Assembly (NCBI GenBank): GCA_015064895.1
Contig: SVRI01000012.1
Span: forward strand, 1,146-65,145
Reading direction: 5' to 3'
From: Oscillospiraceae bacterium
GTDB lineage: Bacteria; Bacillota; Clostridia; Oscillospirales; CAG-382
DNA length: 64,000 nt
In this document: positions 27,101 to 37,600 of the stretch, in pieces
How positions within the stretch are numbered: position 1 is the stretch's first letter
Layout: the number at the start of each line of letters is the position of its first letter
Notes under the pieces: generated by a model
Databases searched by the model: none
Told to the model about the DNA's origin: nothing
The model's input: only the letters and a program-made list of their open reading frames with translations
Translations under genes and position numbers: made by a program

Positions 27101-28938
27101 CAGCACAGCTTACAGCTGTTCCGAATCCTGCATCTGCAACAGATAAGGTTTACTGGTCTGTAAACAACGAAAACCTTGCAACAGTTGATGAAAACGGTCT
27201 TGTTACAGCACTGCTCAACGGTACGGTAACAGTTACTGCAAAGTCTATCTACGACGAAGAAGTTGTTGCAACAAAGACAATTACAATTTCCGGTCAGATA
27301 CCTCATTACACTCTTACATATGCTTCCGGCGTTGCAGGTGGCGAAACGGTAAATAACATTCCCGCAGCTTTCGCATATGCGGCTGGCGAATATGTATTCC
27401 CCGCACTTGTTGCAGTTCCTGAAAGAAACGGTTATAAGTTCCTCGGCTGGTCTGAAACTGAAGGCGGCGAAGTAGTAAAGAGCGTTAACATGACTTCTGC
27501 TAAGACAGTATATGCAATTTGGGAACTCGCTGACAGCTGGTCGTTCGATAACGACGGTGACCTTGAAGGTATCGGCGTTGCAGGCTTTAACACTAAGGTT
27601 GAAGGCGGCGTAATGTCAACTATTTCCTATGACGGTCAGGCAGTCGGCTTCTCCGATGCAACACTTATACTTGATGCGTCTAAGTACAGTGCATTCAAGA
27701 CAAACATCTCAATGTCTACCGTAAACAGCGGCGACTACTTCACTCTTACAATCACAACAGATGAAGGCAACAAGACATTTACCGCTGAAACACTTGTAGG
27801 TGCAAATGACTACACATTTGACCTTTCTGAAGTAACAGGCACAATCACAGGCTTCAGCCTCTACACAAGCAACAGCGCAGACGGTGTTGGCATGACAGTT
27901 GATTATGCAAAGTTTGTTGAAGCTGCATCAAGAGGCGAAGAAGTATATGATAGCCTTGACGTTAATTCCTACACAACACTCGATGCAAGCAACAATCTTA
28001 TCACTGTAAATAATCTTACAGTAAACAGCACACTCGTTCTCGAACCTGGTTCTTACGTATTTGAAAACGTAAGCGGCACAGGTAAGATTGAGGCATCCGT
28101 TAACGCAAATGTGCTCATAAAGAATGGCACAAAGCCAACAGGCTACGTTGAAATCGAAATCGGTGCTAAGGCTGAAAATGCTATCAGATACGCAGAAGTT
28201 GACGGTGCTCAGTACAGAATTTACGAAGAAGAAGGCAACACCAAGTACGGTATGATTCTCGGTGATGAAAGCAAGCTTCTTGAAATTACATCTGTTGGTT
28301 CTGAAACAGCTTCCAAGTACTATCTTGTAAAGGACGGTGCAGGCTCTGAAATTTCTATGGGCACATATGCTAATAAGGCAGATGAAAAGACCATCAGAAA
28401 TGATGAAGTGACAAGTAACAGGACTGGTGCAAGATTTGCAGCGAGCGTTTCTAAGAACTTTGAAAACGTATCCGGTATCACAATCACAGAACACGGCTTT
28501 ATTGTTGGTCTTGAAGAAACAATCAATGCCAACGGCGGTCAGCTCAACTTTGACCTCAAGAATGAAGCTTTTAACGACGGCAGAGGCGCTTATGTTTCCG
28601 GAAAAGCATTTGTTAGAGATGAGTATAACATGATAGCAAATCATGACTCTTATGCTTCTGACAGTGCATATGTATTTGCAGCTATCCTTGTTGGTGCACC
28701 TGAAGCTCAGTACAACAAGAGACTTGTTATCAAGACATATACAAAGCTTACAATTAACGAAGAAGAATTTGTTGTATACGGTCAGCCCATGGTAGAAAGC
28801 TTCTACTCACTTGCTGCAAAGCTTAAGGGCGATACAACTCTTCCCGAAAACGTTCAGACTATTATCAACGGAATCGTTGAAAATGGCGAAAACTTCGGCA
28901 ATGAAGAGGCACTTCCCGGTGACGACCTCTGGAGCTAA
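24148..28938 (+). CDS. giant secreted mosaic protein A (1596 aa): CBM-like domain, Big_2 repeats, SGNH-like esterase, Flg_new repeats, shared C-terminal module
   Basis: The ATG at 24148 follows AAAGGAG; the ORF-track start at 24067 is an upstream extension. Signal peptide MRRLLSVVLAIVMVMSTVAFA. SGNH-like blocks LIGNSY / QLAENA / FRTHPGNLG. Flg_new signature PERNGYKFLGWSETEGG...VYAIW. Several Big_2-like segments (e.g. LTAVPNPASATDKVYWSVNNENLATVDENGLVTA). Paralogous to 29134-34512. Confidence 0.85.
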   Translation: MRRLLSVVLAIVMVMSTVAFAIPSAVTNTDNAEEQTNAPEENAVAELTAAKALKRGINMLTGNKNAFDGETETDISWATAGSIPASDLAVVDDPTGERGGKVFQATQAVNDKGYPNFNMQFGGDLDTDIGHTYLYVAFDYQKYVPETEGYIENTAFWVLNSTAAAGTFAVFNPALGANEGWKHFGKIIDYTINTTGDSMYDTTTNEYYTDQDLNKSMVFQSGKNTANTVPAYLLFDDIIVAPAYKVTYYNKAGTDVVKTDYIAVDEEGNLLEAFEPAAIISGSTVYSDWSLTQGGSVKSYITLDESFNEDIVLYATTEGDATATAKVVLDNKLTKAGDTAVATAKFLGDPVFDPFSITWSSAHPAVAEVSYDKATGIATVTAKSEGYADLTFSSGSLTFTDRIYVTDDPIVASSVTSGAEISEFAGVDLELYEYVTVNVTNTSSSAKKVTVSLDSAELDNEIGFNFAEWDIEVPANVTNYDVYVDLTNEALWKDDSESITVTAQSGVTINNAKLWPVLTPEIELGLTSPTDLISTANGTVTVTGAFTCDLEGVYDETFTLTVDTDPTIASYTISGNNVTVKAGTAGTCVVTVTATSNEDPSVKAVKKILVDIGNTSGYGLTLDADSTSINGDAIATITPIVHSASGSVDNFSIEYAMSADGYASLLKNGDGTATVTPLKDGSVTITATAVVGGNTLTDDITLTLTNIPRRTVAYDLKLMLIGNSYLEHGYLATADKTLYNGYMDKTDVPRGMAATSPELDYYAQLCKRLEAGFEGSFTSKKQGGAVIEQAWKKGLASGTPSDLTGWDPDVSLAAMQNAWAPIVDYMDKEQPNLITIQLAENAAHAKEESATFFYDEVCKMIDAHRPENSVVVIISPMGTQVSSNVQQVIAAKYGFYWADNTWIGDENGWGASNPYLAFGHYPDYTNSAVVEFRTHPGNLGMEEIAKSAYAIFEEKIPTAIKPTLVTLPDSFTIEGADTITAKGGTAQLTAVPNPASATDKVYWSVNNENLATVDENGLVTALLNGTVTVTAKSIYDEEVVATKTITISGQIPHYTLTYASGVAGGETVNNIPAAFAYAAGEYVFPALVAVPERNGYKFLGWSETEGGEVVKSVNMTSAKTVYAIWELADSWSFDNDGDLEGIGVAGFNTKVEGGVMSTISYDGQAVGFSDATLILDASKYSAFKTNISMSTVNSGDYFTLTITTDEGNKTFTAETLVGANDYTFDLSEVTGTITGFSLYTSNSADGVGMTVDYAKFVEAASRGEEVYDSLDVNSYTTLDASNNLITVNNLTVNSTLVLEPGSYVFENVSGTGKIEASVNANVLIKNGTKPTGYVEIEIGAKAENAIRYAEVDGAQYRIYEEEGNTKYGMILGDESKLLEITSVGSETASKYYLVKDGAGSEISMGTYANKADEKTIRNDEVTSNRTGARFAASVSKNFENVSGITITEHGFIVGLEETINANGGQLNFDLKNEAFNDGRGAYVSGKAFVRDEYNMIANHDSYASDSAYVFAAILVGAPEAQYNKRLVIKTYTKLTINEEEFVVYGQPMVESFYSLAAKLKGDTTLPENVQTIINGIVENGENFGNEEALPGDDLWS

Positions 28939-28965
28939 CCCAAAACAATTAAAACACAAAGTTTT

Positions 28966-28994
28966 GCACACCCGATTTTCGGGTGTGCTTTTTT
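28966..28994 (+). terminator. intrinsic terminator
   Basis: GCACACCCGattttCGGGTGTGC followed by TTTTTT. Confidence 0.8.
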
Positions 28995-29133
28995 GTGCAT
29001 AGTAAATAAAAATGTATACGGAAATTCTAAGGTTTAAAACAGGATAAATGGCGAAAAATACATAAAAAGTTAATAATTTTCGCCTATAATATAAACGTAT
29101 ATTTTTATTTAAATTCAGAAGGAGAAGAATTTT

Positions 29134-32100
29134 ATGAAAAAGCTTTTAAGTGTACTCCTTGCACTTGTCATAGTGTTTTCAACCGTGGCTTTTGCAATTC
29201 CTTCTGTTGTTACCGTTAAGGATACAGCAGAGGAAACAGTTGTAGTACAAGACGAAAATCCTGCCGACCTTATGGGTATAGGCTATAAGGTTCAGCGTGG
29301 TATTAACATGCTTACAGGCACAAAGGATGCCCTCACAGGTGAAAACTATGCCATCTACGGCGGCATTTTCAATACTGCTTACGCTGATACAAAAATAAGT
29401 GCAAGCGTTAACCCTAAGGACAGCACAGATAAGGTTTTTGTATTTAATATTCCGAGTCCTGCGGCACAAGGCAGAGGCGACTATGTAAACTTCAGCGTTC
29501 AGTTCGGACCGTACTCTAACGGTGCATGGGCAAATCTTAGCAACTATATGTCCCACAAATATATGTATGTTTCTTTTGATGTAATGAAGGAAGTTGTTGA
29601 TGCTTCTGCAGGATATACTGCAGGGGATTCCTTCTGGATTATGAACTCTAATGTTACAAGCGGCAACAACTCATTCCTTACTCCCAAGAATGTTACTCCC
29701 ACAGCGGGCTGGCAGCATTTCAGTAAGGTTTGTAACCTCATGCTTACAAATCAGGAAGAAGGTACATCTACAGGCAGAGAAGACCCTAACCAGATTATCT
29801 TCCATATGTATGTAGACAATGCAAATAAAACAGATGTAAACTTCTATTTCGATAATATGATTATCGCTCCTGCTTATAAGGTTACATATTATAATAAGGC
29901 AGGTGATACGGTTGTTAAGGAAGATTATATTGCTCAGGATGCAAGCGGAAATCTTCTTACATCCTTCATGCCTCAGGGTATAGTTGCAGGCAGAGCTTCC
30001 TATAGCGGATGGTCTGCTGCTAAGGGCGGTACACCCATTACTGAAGCGATTGTACTTGATGAAAATAATAATTCCGATATCGTTCTCTATGCTACACAGG
30101 AATTGGACGCATTCGACAATGCAACACTTTCTTCTGATGCAAAGCTCGATAAGCTCGGTGCAACAGCAACTGTTACAGCTAATCTTGTTGGTAATCCCGA
30201 TGTTAATGCAGACTATGTAACATGGTCTTCAAGCAATGAATCGGCTATTACCGTTGTAAATAACAAGGACGGTAAGACAGCAACACTTAAGGCTGTTGGT
30301 GAAGGTAAATCCACAATATCATATACTTATCAGTATGCAACGGGTTCATATGCGACCGTTACACAGGAATTTGAAGTGGCAGTTGGTGCAAAGACAGAAT
30401 TCTCAGGTCTTAACACAGACGTTTACGAATATATCACATTGAATGTGACAAACAGCGGTGCCGAAAGCAATGTAACTGTTTTCTATTCAACAGATAAAGA
30501 TGTAGGCACAAAGGAAATTAAAGTTCCGGCAAACGTTACAGGCTACGATGTATACGCAGATATGACTAAGGAATCTGCATGGAACGGCACAATTTCAAAC
30601 ATTTCCGTTTCCGAAGGCAGCGGCGTAACCGTTAATAACACAAAGCTTTGGGCAACTCTCAACACAGACCTTGCTCTTAAGTTCAATACAGAATCCACAT
30701 TTATCGGTACTCCCAATTCTTCACTCAATATCGCAGCTTTGGTTGACTGCGACCTTGAAGGCGTATACGATAAGACATATACATGGACAACAAATATTAC
30801 AAATAATTGTGCTGTTGTTACAGAACAGGCTGACGGCTCACTTACAATCTCGGCAGGTGAAAATGCAGACGGCTTTGTAACGGTTACGGCTACAAGTAAC
30901 GATACAAGTAAAAACGTTTCAATCACAAGAAGAATATTCGTAAAGACAGGTGTTGATGACGGCTCTAAGGCCATTGCTTATACATGGAACTTCGACGATA
31001 CAGCCGGCACAAAGAACTGGTATAACGGCGGCGGACACCACGCACAGTCCAAGGTTGAAAACGGCACCCTTACTCTTGTAAGAACAGCTGCTAAGCTTTC
31101 GGGTGCTTCTTCAACAAGCCTTGTTACAGTATCAAGTACAACAGGCGGTTATTCTCTTACTGCCAAATCATCGGGTTCCTATGCGGAATCGGGACAGAAT
31201 TCTGTAGAGTTCTCCATGACAGATTATCCCTATTTCTGTTTCAAGGCAAAGACAACAAATCCCGGAACATATAACATTAAGGGTTATTTCACGGCGGACG
31301 GTGTTTCTCATGCAGAGAGCAGAGCAAGGACAGCTGATTTTGAGTTAACAGACGAGTATCAGCTCTTTGTATTTGATCTTACTTCTATAGCAAATTCCTC
31401 GGAGCTTAAGGGTAAGAATTACGGCGGTATTATGCTTGTTAACCAGACAAATTCCGTAATTGATGCTTCCACAATTAATTCTTCAAATGTAGCATCTTCT
31501 CCTCTTACATATTCTTCATATAATCCCGTTATTATTGACGAAGTGTTCTTTGCCAACTATGATGCTTCAAACACTCTTGAAGTAGGTCTTGACCTCACTG
31601 CAGACAAGTATTCTATTAACGGTGAAGGCACATTTACACTTACTTCCGAGTTATTCTCCAATAAGGCAATCACAAACACAAATGTTGTTTACTCTGCTGA
31701 CAGCAATATCGTAACAGTATTCAACAACGGTGACGGAACAGCAACCGTAACACCCGTCGGAAACGGTACAGTTACAATCACGGCAAAGTCTGTACTTGAT
31801 GAATCGGCTACAGATTCTGTTACACTCACAATAAGCGGTGTTCAGACAAAGCTCGTAGCATATGACCTTTCCATGGTGTCTCTCGGTAACTCCTACCTCT
31901 GCCATAACTATGCAGAGTGGTTTGACTTGTCAAAATACAACGGTTGGATTGATGAAACAGACGTTGTCCGCGGTATGGCTGCTTCCGAGCCCGACCTCGA
32001 CTATTATGGCAGAATCCAGTATTATATCAATAATAATTTCAACTGCTCGCTTAAGGCAAACAGATTTGCAAATAACCTTATCGAAATTGCCTGGAAGAAG

Positions 32101-34512
32101 GGTCTTGCAGATCAAAGTGATACTTCAAACCACGAAAACTTTGACTATACAAAGGCAAAGAATGCAATCCTTGATGCAATGACAGCGCAGCTCAAGTACA
32201 TTCAGGATGAACAGACAAACATTATTACAATCCAGCTTGCAGAAAACGCGCAGTTCGGCAACTACGGTGAAATTGCTTCCTTCTTCTATGATACAGTGTT
32301 CTCTGCCATTGATGAGGTAAGACCGGCTGAGTCCGTAGTAGTAGTAATTACGCCCTTTGGTTCCAATGCGGCTACAAATGCAGAAATTTCAAAGGCTCTG
32401 GAATACGGCTTCTGTGTTGCTAACTGTACAGATATGACAGATAGCAAGTGGAAAGCGTTTGATCAGTATCCAAACTTCAATAACCCCAACTCCTCCAGCG
32501 ACTTCCGTTCTCACCCCGGTGACCTCGGTATGGACGAAATAGGTAAGCGTGTATTTGCACAGCTTGAAACAGCAATTCCTGCAACAATTCCTGCAAGCTA
32601 CATCTACGTTCCCGATTCCATTTCCATTACAGGCGGAAATGCTATCACAGAGGATAAGGGCACACTTCAGCTCGGTGTTGAGGTAACTCCTGCTGAAAAC
32701 TCCACAGACAGCGTATTCTGGTCTGTTGATAACCAGAACATTGCAACGATTGATGAAAACGGTGTTCTTACGGCAGTAAATAACGGAACAGTAAATGTAA
32801 CGGCAACGTGTGCATACGATGAAAGAGTCAAGGCAACACTTGCAGTTACAGTTTCAGGTCAGGTTCCCGCGTATACTGTTACATATGCGGCAGGTACAAC
32901 CGATACAGTAACAAATCTTCCCGCAGCAGATGCTTACGCAAAGGGTACATATACTCTCAGCACTTCTGCTCCCGAAAGAAACGGTTATAAATTCCTCGGC
33001 TGGTCACTCACAGAAGGCGGCACACCCGTCAAGACTGTTGAGATGACAGAAAATAAGACGGTTTATGCCACATGGACACTTGCTTACGAATGGAACTTTG
33101 ATACAGAAGGCGACCTTGAAGGCATCAGCCTCGGCGGCTTCCATACATACGTAAGATACGAAGAACTGCCCGCAATGGTAGTAGGTACTGTAACCTCCTA
33201 CGGCGATGGTGTAACAGTATTTGATAATACACTTCTTCTCGATTCTGCTTCGTATAACGAATTTGTTGTCAGACTTCAGCCCACTCAGGCAACCTCCACA
33301 GATACTCTTGACCTTACCGTTACAAGTACAGACGGCACATATAACTATTCAGTACCCATGATAAAGACATCCATGGAAGAATATAAATTTGATCTTTCGG
33401 ATGTTACAGGCACAATTACAGGCTTCCTTTTAAAGCCCAGCGTAATTGAACTTTCGCTTTATATTGACTACATGAAGTTCCAGAAGGGCAAGATAAAAAT
33501 TGTTGAAGATACGGTAGTTGATTCTCTTACAATAACAAAAGATACAACAATTGCAGCAGGTGACTATACATACACAGTATTAGGCTCTGTTTCTGTTCCC
33601 GAAGGTAAGACGCTTTATCTTGAAGCTGGTACCTATAACTTTGCAGGAGACCTTACAGGTAATGTTGTGGCATCTCCCAACGCAAATGTCGTTGTATACG
33701 GCGAAAACAAGCCCAAAGGTTATGTTGAAATCGACCTTGGTCAGAATAACGGCACAAGATATGCAGAGGTTGACGGTATTCAGCTTCCCATCAAGGAAAA
33801 CTCAAGCTACCTTTACGGTGTAATCACAGACAAGAATCTTCTTGTTCAGATTGTCGAAAAGGGCGGTGCAAGCCTTGCATCGGAAGTGGTGACTGAGGAT
33901 GTTTCCACAGAATACTATCATGTGAATGCTGCAGATGAAACCTATGAGCTGCTTCCCATGAGTAATTACATGATGAATGTTGAAGGTCAGGATTTGAGAG
34001 CCCCTGATGAAAAGATTAATCAGATGGGTGTAAGATTCAAGGCACAGGTGTCAGCTGCTTCCAAGAATGAAACAGTATATACAATAACAGAATACGGCTA
34101 TATCATCGGTCTTGAGGAAACAATTAATGCAAACGGCGGTCAGCTTAATTTTGAACTTGAAAACAAAGCTGATTCAAAACTTGCGTATGTTTACGGCAAG
34201 GCGTATGTGAAGGGCGAATTTGATAAGATATATGACAGCTCGAATGACGACTATTATGTATTTGCAGGCGTTCTTCACGGTGCACCCAAAGGTAAGTACG
34301 ATACAAATATTGTTGCAAAGACATACACCAAGGTTACTGTAGGTACAGATAATTATGTAATCTATGGAGAACCCATGGTTGCAAACTTTGTTGAACTTGC
34401 TCTTGCACTTAAGGGTGATGAAACTCTTCCCGAAGACTTGAAGTCGGTTGTGGATGAGGTTATTGATGATACACTCGGCAATGATTCCGGTTTTGACTGG
34501 GGCGAACTTTAA
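29134..34512 (+). CDS. giant secreted mosaic protein B (1792 aa), paralog of A with an extra central insert
   Basis: RBS AAGGAGA. Signal peptide MKKLLSVLLALVIVFSTVAFA. Same domain order as A (LGNSYLCHN / QLAENA / FRSHPGDLG; PERNGYKFLGWSLTEGG...VYATW). It has an additional roughly 200-aa CBM-like segment (AYTWNFDDTAGTKNWYNGGGHH...) that A lacks. Confidence 0.85.
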   Translation: MKKLLSVLLALVIVFSTVAFAIPSVVTVKDTAEETVVVQDENPADLMGIGYKVQRGINMLTGTKDALTGENYAIYGGIFNTAYADTKISASVNPKDSTDKVFVFNIPSPAAQGRGDYVNFSVQFGPYSNGAWANLSNYMSHKYMYVSFDVMKEVVDASAGYTAGDSFWIMNSNVTSGNNSFLTPKNVTPTAGWQHFSKVCNLMLTNQEEGTSTGREDPNQIIFHMYVDNANKTDVNFYFDNMIIAPAYKVTYYNKAGDTVVKEDYIAQDASGNLLTSFMPQGIVAGRASYSGWSAAKGGTPITEAIVLDENNNSDIVLYATQELDAFDNATLSSDAKLDKLGATATVTANLVGNPDVNADYVTWSSSNESAITVVNNKDGKTATLKAVGEGKSTISYTYQYATGSYATVTQEFEVAVGAKTEFSGLNTDVYEYITLNVTNSGAESNVTVFYSTDKDVGTKEIKVPANVTGYDVYADMTKESAWNGTISNISVSEGSGVTVNNTKLWATLNTDLALKFNTESTFIGTPNSSLNIAALVDCDLEGVYDKTYTWTTNITNNCAVVTEQADGSLTISAGENADGFVTVTATSNDTSKNVSITRRIFVKTGVDDGSKAIAYTWNFDDTAGTKNWYNGGGHHAQSKVENGTLTLVRTAAKLSGASSTSLVTVSSTTGGYSLTAKSSGSYAESGQNSVEFSMTDYPYFCFKAKTTNPGTYNIKGYFTADGVSHAESRARTADFELTDEYQLFVFDLTSIANSSELKGKNYGGIMLVNQTNSVIDASTINSSNVASSPLTYSSYNPVIIDEVFFANYDASNTLEVGLDLTADKYSINGEGTFTLTSELFSNKAITNTNVVYSADSNIVTVFNNGDGTATVTPVGNGTVTITAKSVLDESATDSVTLTISGVQTKLVAYDLSMVSLGNSYLCHNYAEWFDLSKYNGWIDETDVVRGMAASEPDLDYYGRIQYYINNNFNCSLKANRFANNLIEIAWKKGLADQSDTSNHENFDYTKAKNAILDAMTAQLKYIQDEQTNIITIQLAENAQFGNYGEIASFFYDTVFSAIDEVRPAESVVVVITPFGSNAATNAEISKALEYGFCVANCTDMTDSKWKAFDQYPNFNNPNSSSDFRSHPGDLGMDEIGKRVFAQLETAIPATIPASYIYVPDSISITGGNAITEDKGTLQLGVEVTPAENSTDSVFWSVDNQNIATIDENGVLTAVNNGTVNVTATCAYDERVKATLAVTVSGQVPAYTVTYAAGTTDTVTNLPAADAYAKGTYTLSTSAPERNGYKFLGWSLTEGGTPVKTVEMTENKTVYATWTLAYEWNFDTEGDLEGISLGGFHTYVRYEELPAMVVGTVTSYGDGVTVFDNTLLLDSASYNEFVVRLQPTQATSTDTLDLTVTSTDGTYNYSVPMIKTSMEEYKFDLSDVTGTITGFLLKPSVIELSLYIDYMKFQKGKIKIVEDTVVDSLTITKDTTIAAGDYTYTVLGSVSVPEGKTLYLEAGTYNFAGDLTGNVVASPNANVVVYGENKPKGYVEIDLGQNNGTRYAEVDGIQLPIKENSSYLYGVITDKNLLVQIVEKGGASLASEVVTEDVSTEYYHVNAADETYELLPMSNYMMNVEGQDLRAPDEKINQMGVRFKAQVSAASKNETVYTITEYGYIIGLEETINANGGQLNFELENKADSKLAYVYGKAYVKGEFDKIYDSSNDDYYVFAGVLHGAPKGKYDTNIVAKTYTKVTVGTDNYVIYGEPMVANFVELALALKGDETLPEDLKSVVDEVIDDTLGNDSGFDWGEL

Positions 34513-34531
34513 TTAAATAACTGAGTTTTTT

Positions 34532-34561
34532 GTCCGCATCGAAAGATGCGGACGTTTTTTT
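34532..34561 (+). terminator. intrinsic terminator
   Basis: GTCCGCATCgaaaGATGCGGAC followed by GTTTTTTT. Confidence 0.8.
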
Positions 34562-34569
34562 GTTTTAGC

Positions 34570-34598
34570 TTTACAAAATGATTACTGAGTGATATAAT
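34570..34598 (+). promoter_or_regulatory. sigma-A promoter with extended -10
   Basis: TTTACA, 17-nt spacer ending in TGa, then TATAAT. It is 21 nt upstream of the ATG at 34620. Confidence 0.55.
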
Positions 34599-34619
34599 GA
34601 AAAAAAGAAAGGGGATATA

Positions 34620-37600
34620 ATGATGAAGAAAATAGTTGCTCTTATGCTTGCTTTGTTGACGGCGTTGACAATGGCTTCATGTAAAAAAGAGGAAAAGAAG
34701 CCTCAGGCACCTGCACCTGTAGCTGATGAGGTTAAGGAAGAACAGGTTGAGCAGAAGGTTGAGATTAAAAACATTATTTTTCTCATACCCGACGGCGCAG
34801 GATACGGCTCGTTCGACTTTGCAAATGATGTAAAAGCTGAAGGAGGCTTCAACTCCCAAAAATATCCCAATAAAACATATACAAGTTTTAGTGCCATGTC
34901 TATGAAAAAATACCTTGCAGGCAGTATTATGACTCTCAACTGCAACGGAGACATCACAGACTCTGCTGCAGCGGGTACGGCACTGTCTTCGGGATATAAA
35001 ACAATAAACCAATATGTCGGTGTTGATAAAACCGGCAAACCCCGTGCTACAATCCTTGAGGCTGCACAGACAAAAGGTATGGCAACAGGTCTTGTAGCTA
35101 CATATGAGTGGATGCATGCAACACCTGCTGCGTTTTCTTCACATGTCATAAATCGAAACGATTATAAGAATATTTATGAGCAGATTGAAAACCAAAATAT
35201 AGATGTTGTGCTCGGATCAGGTTACGGTGCAGTTTCTTCGTATGCAACAATAGATAACGCAGTCGAAAACGGATATACTGTCGTAACAACAAGAGAAGAC
35301 CTTGAAAGTGTTAAGCCCGGCGACAGAATTTGGGGAAACTGTACAAATAACAGTTCTCCCTATGATATTAATCTTACCGCCGAACAGCCCACTCTTGCAC
35401 AGATGACAAAGGCGGCAATAACGGCACTTTCGGACGATGAAGACGGCTTTTTCCTTATGGTTGAAGGCTCAAAGGTGGATACCGGCGGACATGCAAATGA
35501 TGCAGTTGTTGTGGCAAGTGAATATCTTGCATTTGATGCTGCATTCAAGGTGGCGGTTGATTTTGCCAAAAAAAGAAATGATACAGTTGTAATAGCGGCA
35601 CCCGACCACGATACAGGCGGGCTCAAATACTCGGAAATTGAAGACATTATGTCTGTTGTGAATGAAGTACGCTCAGGTACCGATTCGGATGTTATAAAAT
35701 GGGAGTCAGGAAGCCATACTGCTCAGAATGTCGGTGTATGGATTTATGTTCCCGAAGGAACACCCTTTATTGAAGGGCTCAATTCGACTGTGGGCGACAC
35801 ACCCGAAACAAGAGAAAACTATGTTGTGGAAAATTCCACATTATCACCGTATCTTGCATCACTTTTGGGTGTCAATCTTGATGAGGTCTCAAAAGAACTT
35901 TTTGTTGATGTAACTGATATAGGCAGATATTCTTCAGATTCGGGCAAATTCTCGTTTAATAACGGTAATAAGTATGTATACCGTAATTCCGATGAATACT
36001 ATAAAGACGGAGAGAAAATAAGCACGAACGGCAAGGTTGCCGTGGAAGTTGCGGGAAGATTCTATGTTCCTTCCGAAATGATAGATGAAGATGACTGGAA
36101 TTATCTTTCCGAAGAAGGTTCGTCTGAAATGGGCGGTTCGGGTACTGCAGATGACCCGTTTATAATTGATGAGGCATGGGACTTTATTGAATTTACCGAA
36201 CGTGTTGCCGGAGGAGAAACCTATGAAGGAAAGTATTTTCTCCAGGTGAGTGACATTGATTTGACAAAACGAACAGATTTCAAGGGTGCAGGTGCCGAAT
36301 GTCAGTTTGCAGGTATGTATAACGGTAACGGTAAAACAATTTCTGTAGACCTTGTTGCTGAAAACGATGAGTGTGTATTCCCCGAAATTGCAGGTACTTT
36401 AATAAATGTGCATGTCGACGGTAAAATCAAGTCTGAAAATGCGTCAGGGAATGCTGTTACAGGCGGTATTGCAAGAAGCGTTGCGGCTTCGGGTGAAATA
36501 CTTAACTGTTCGTCCGATGTTGAAATTTCAGGTTGCAATGTATACGGTATTGTCGGCACAAATAATGGCTATGTTGGTATGTGCTATTTTGGCGGAACTC
36601 TTGAAGGAACAGGCGATGTTTTTGTAATATCGTCAAATTCTGACGGCGGTGTCATTGAAAAATGCTACTATTCCGATTCTTTGAGTGCTTACGGGCAGGA
36701 TGGAGCAGAAGCGGTAACGACTGAGCTTGCACAGACAACTGTGGAAATACTTAATGGTGGAAGAACTGCACTTGTAGCAGCATCAGGTGAAGATAAAATG
36801 TGTTTGTGGAGAGTCTCGGAAGAAGACGGAATGCCTGAAATGTATATGCCGGCACCCAGGGTTACCGATGTTGTTGTAACACCTTCCTCGGCAACCGTAA
36901 ATAGGGGCGACGGACTTCAGCTTTCGGCTGTTGTACAGGGTGAATACGGACCGTCACAACAGGTAATCTGGTCATTGGAATCCTCGGCAGGCGGTTCTGA
37001 ATCTGTTGTGTATGAAGACGGATATCTTTATGTGGACGTAAATGAATCGGCTCAAAGCCTGACTGTTATGGCAAAATCCGCAACCGACGGAAGTGTAACA
37101 GGTATTTGTACCGTTACTGTAGGAGAAACGGTGCTTTCAGAAGCCGACGGTACAAGAGCAAGACCTTACCTTATAAATAACGAACAGGATTTCCTTGCTT
37201 TTACAAACGAAATAATTTCGGGAGACAGCAAGTCAGGTCTTTATTACAGACAGACAAAGGACCTTGATATGTCGGCTGTTCCCGAGTATAACGGCATTCA
37301 AAGTACCCACTCCTTCAACGGTATTTATGACGGAAAAGGTTATACAATTAAAGTTGCGATTGAATCCGAAAGCGATAACAGTCTGTTCGGCTCGTGCAGA
37401 GGTATGATTATGAATGTAAGAACCGAAGGTACAGTTGTAGGAACGGCAAATCCCGCCGGTATATGCAGAGCAGTCAGGGATAACGGAATTGTTGTCAATT
37501 GCATATCCGACTGTGATATCACGGGCGGAACGGAAGCATCGGGTATTGTACGATCCAATTATCACCTTGTGGCAAATACCTTCTTTACGGGTAAATTGTC

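Noticed and set aside
26536-28644. Long minus-strand ORFs (256 aa and 238 aa) inside giant gene A. Similar ORFs occur at 10725-11531, 15649-16050, 39350-39931, 44548-45204 and 47706-48514.
   Set aside because: All are antisense to genes with strong homology signals. They are extremely Cys-rich or low-complexity, which is typical of reverse-frame artefacts in this codon usage. None has an RBS.
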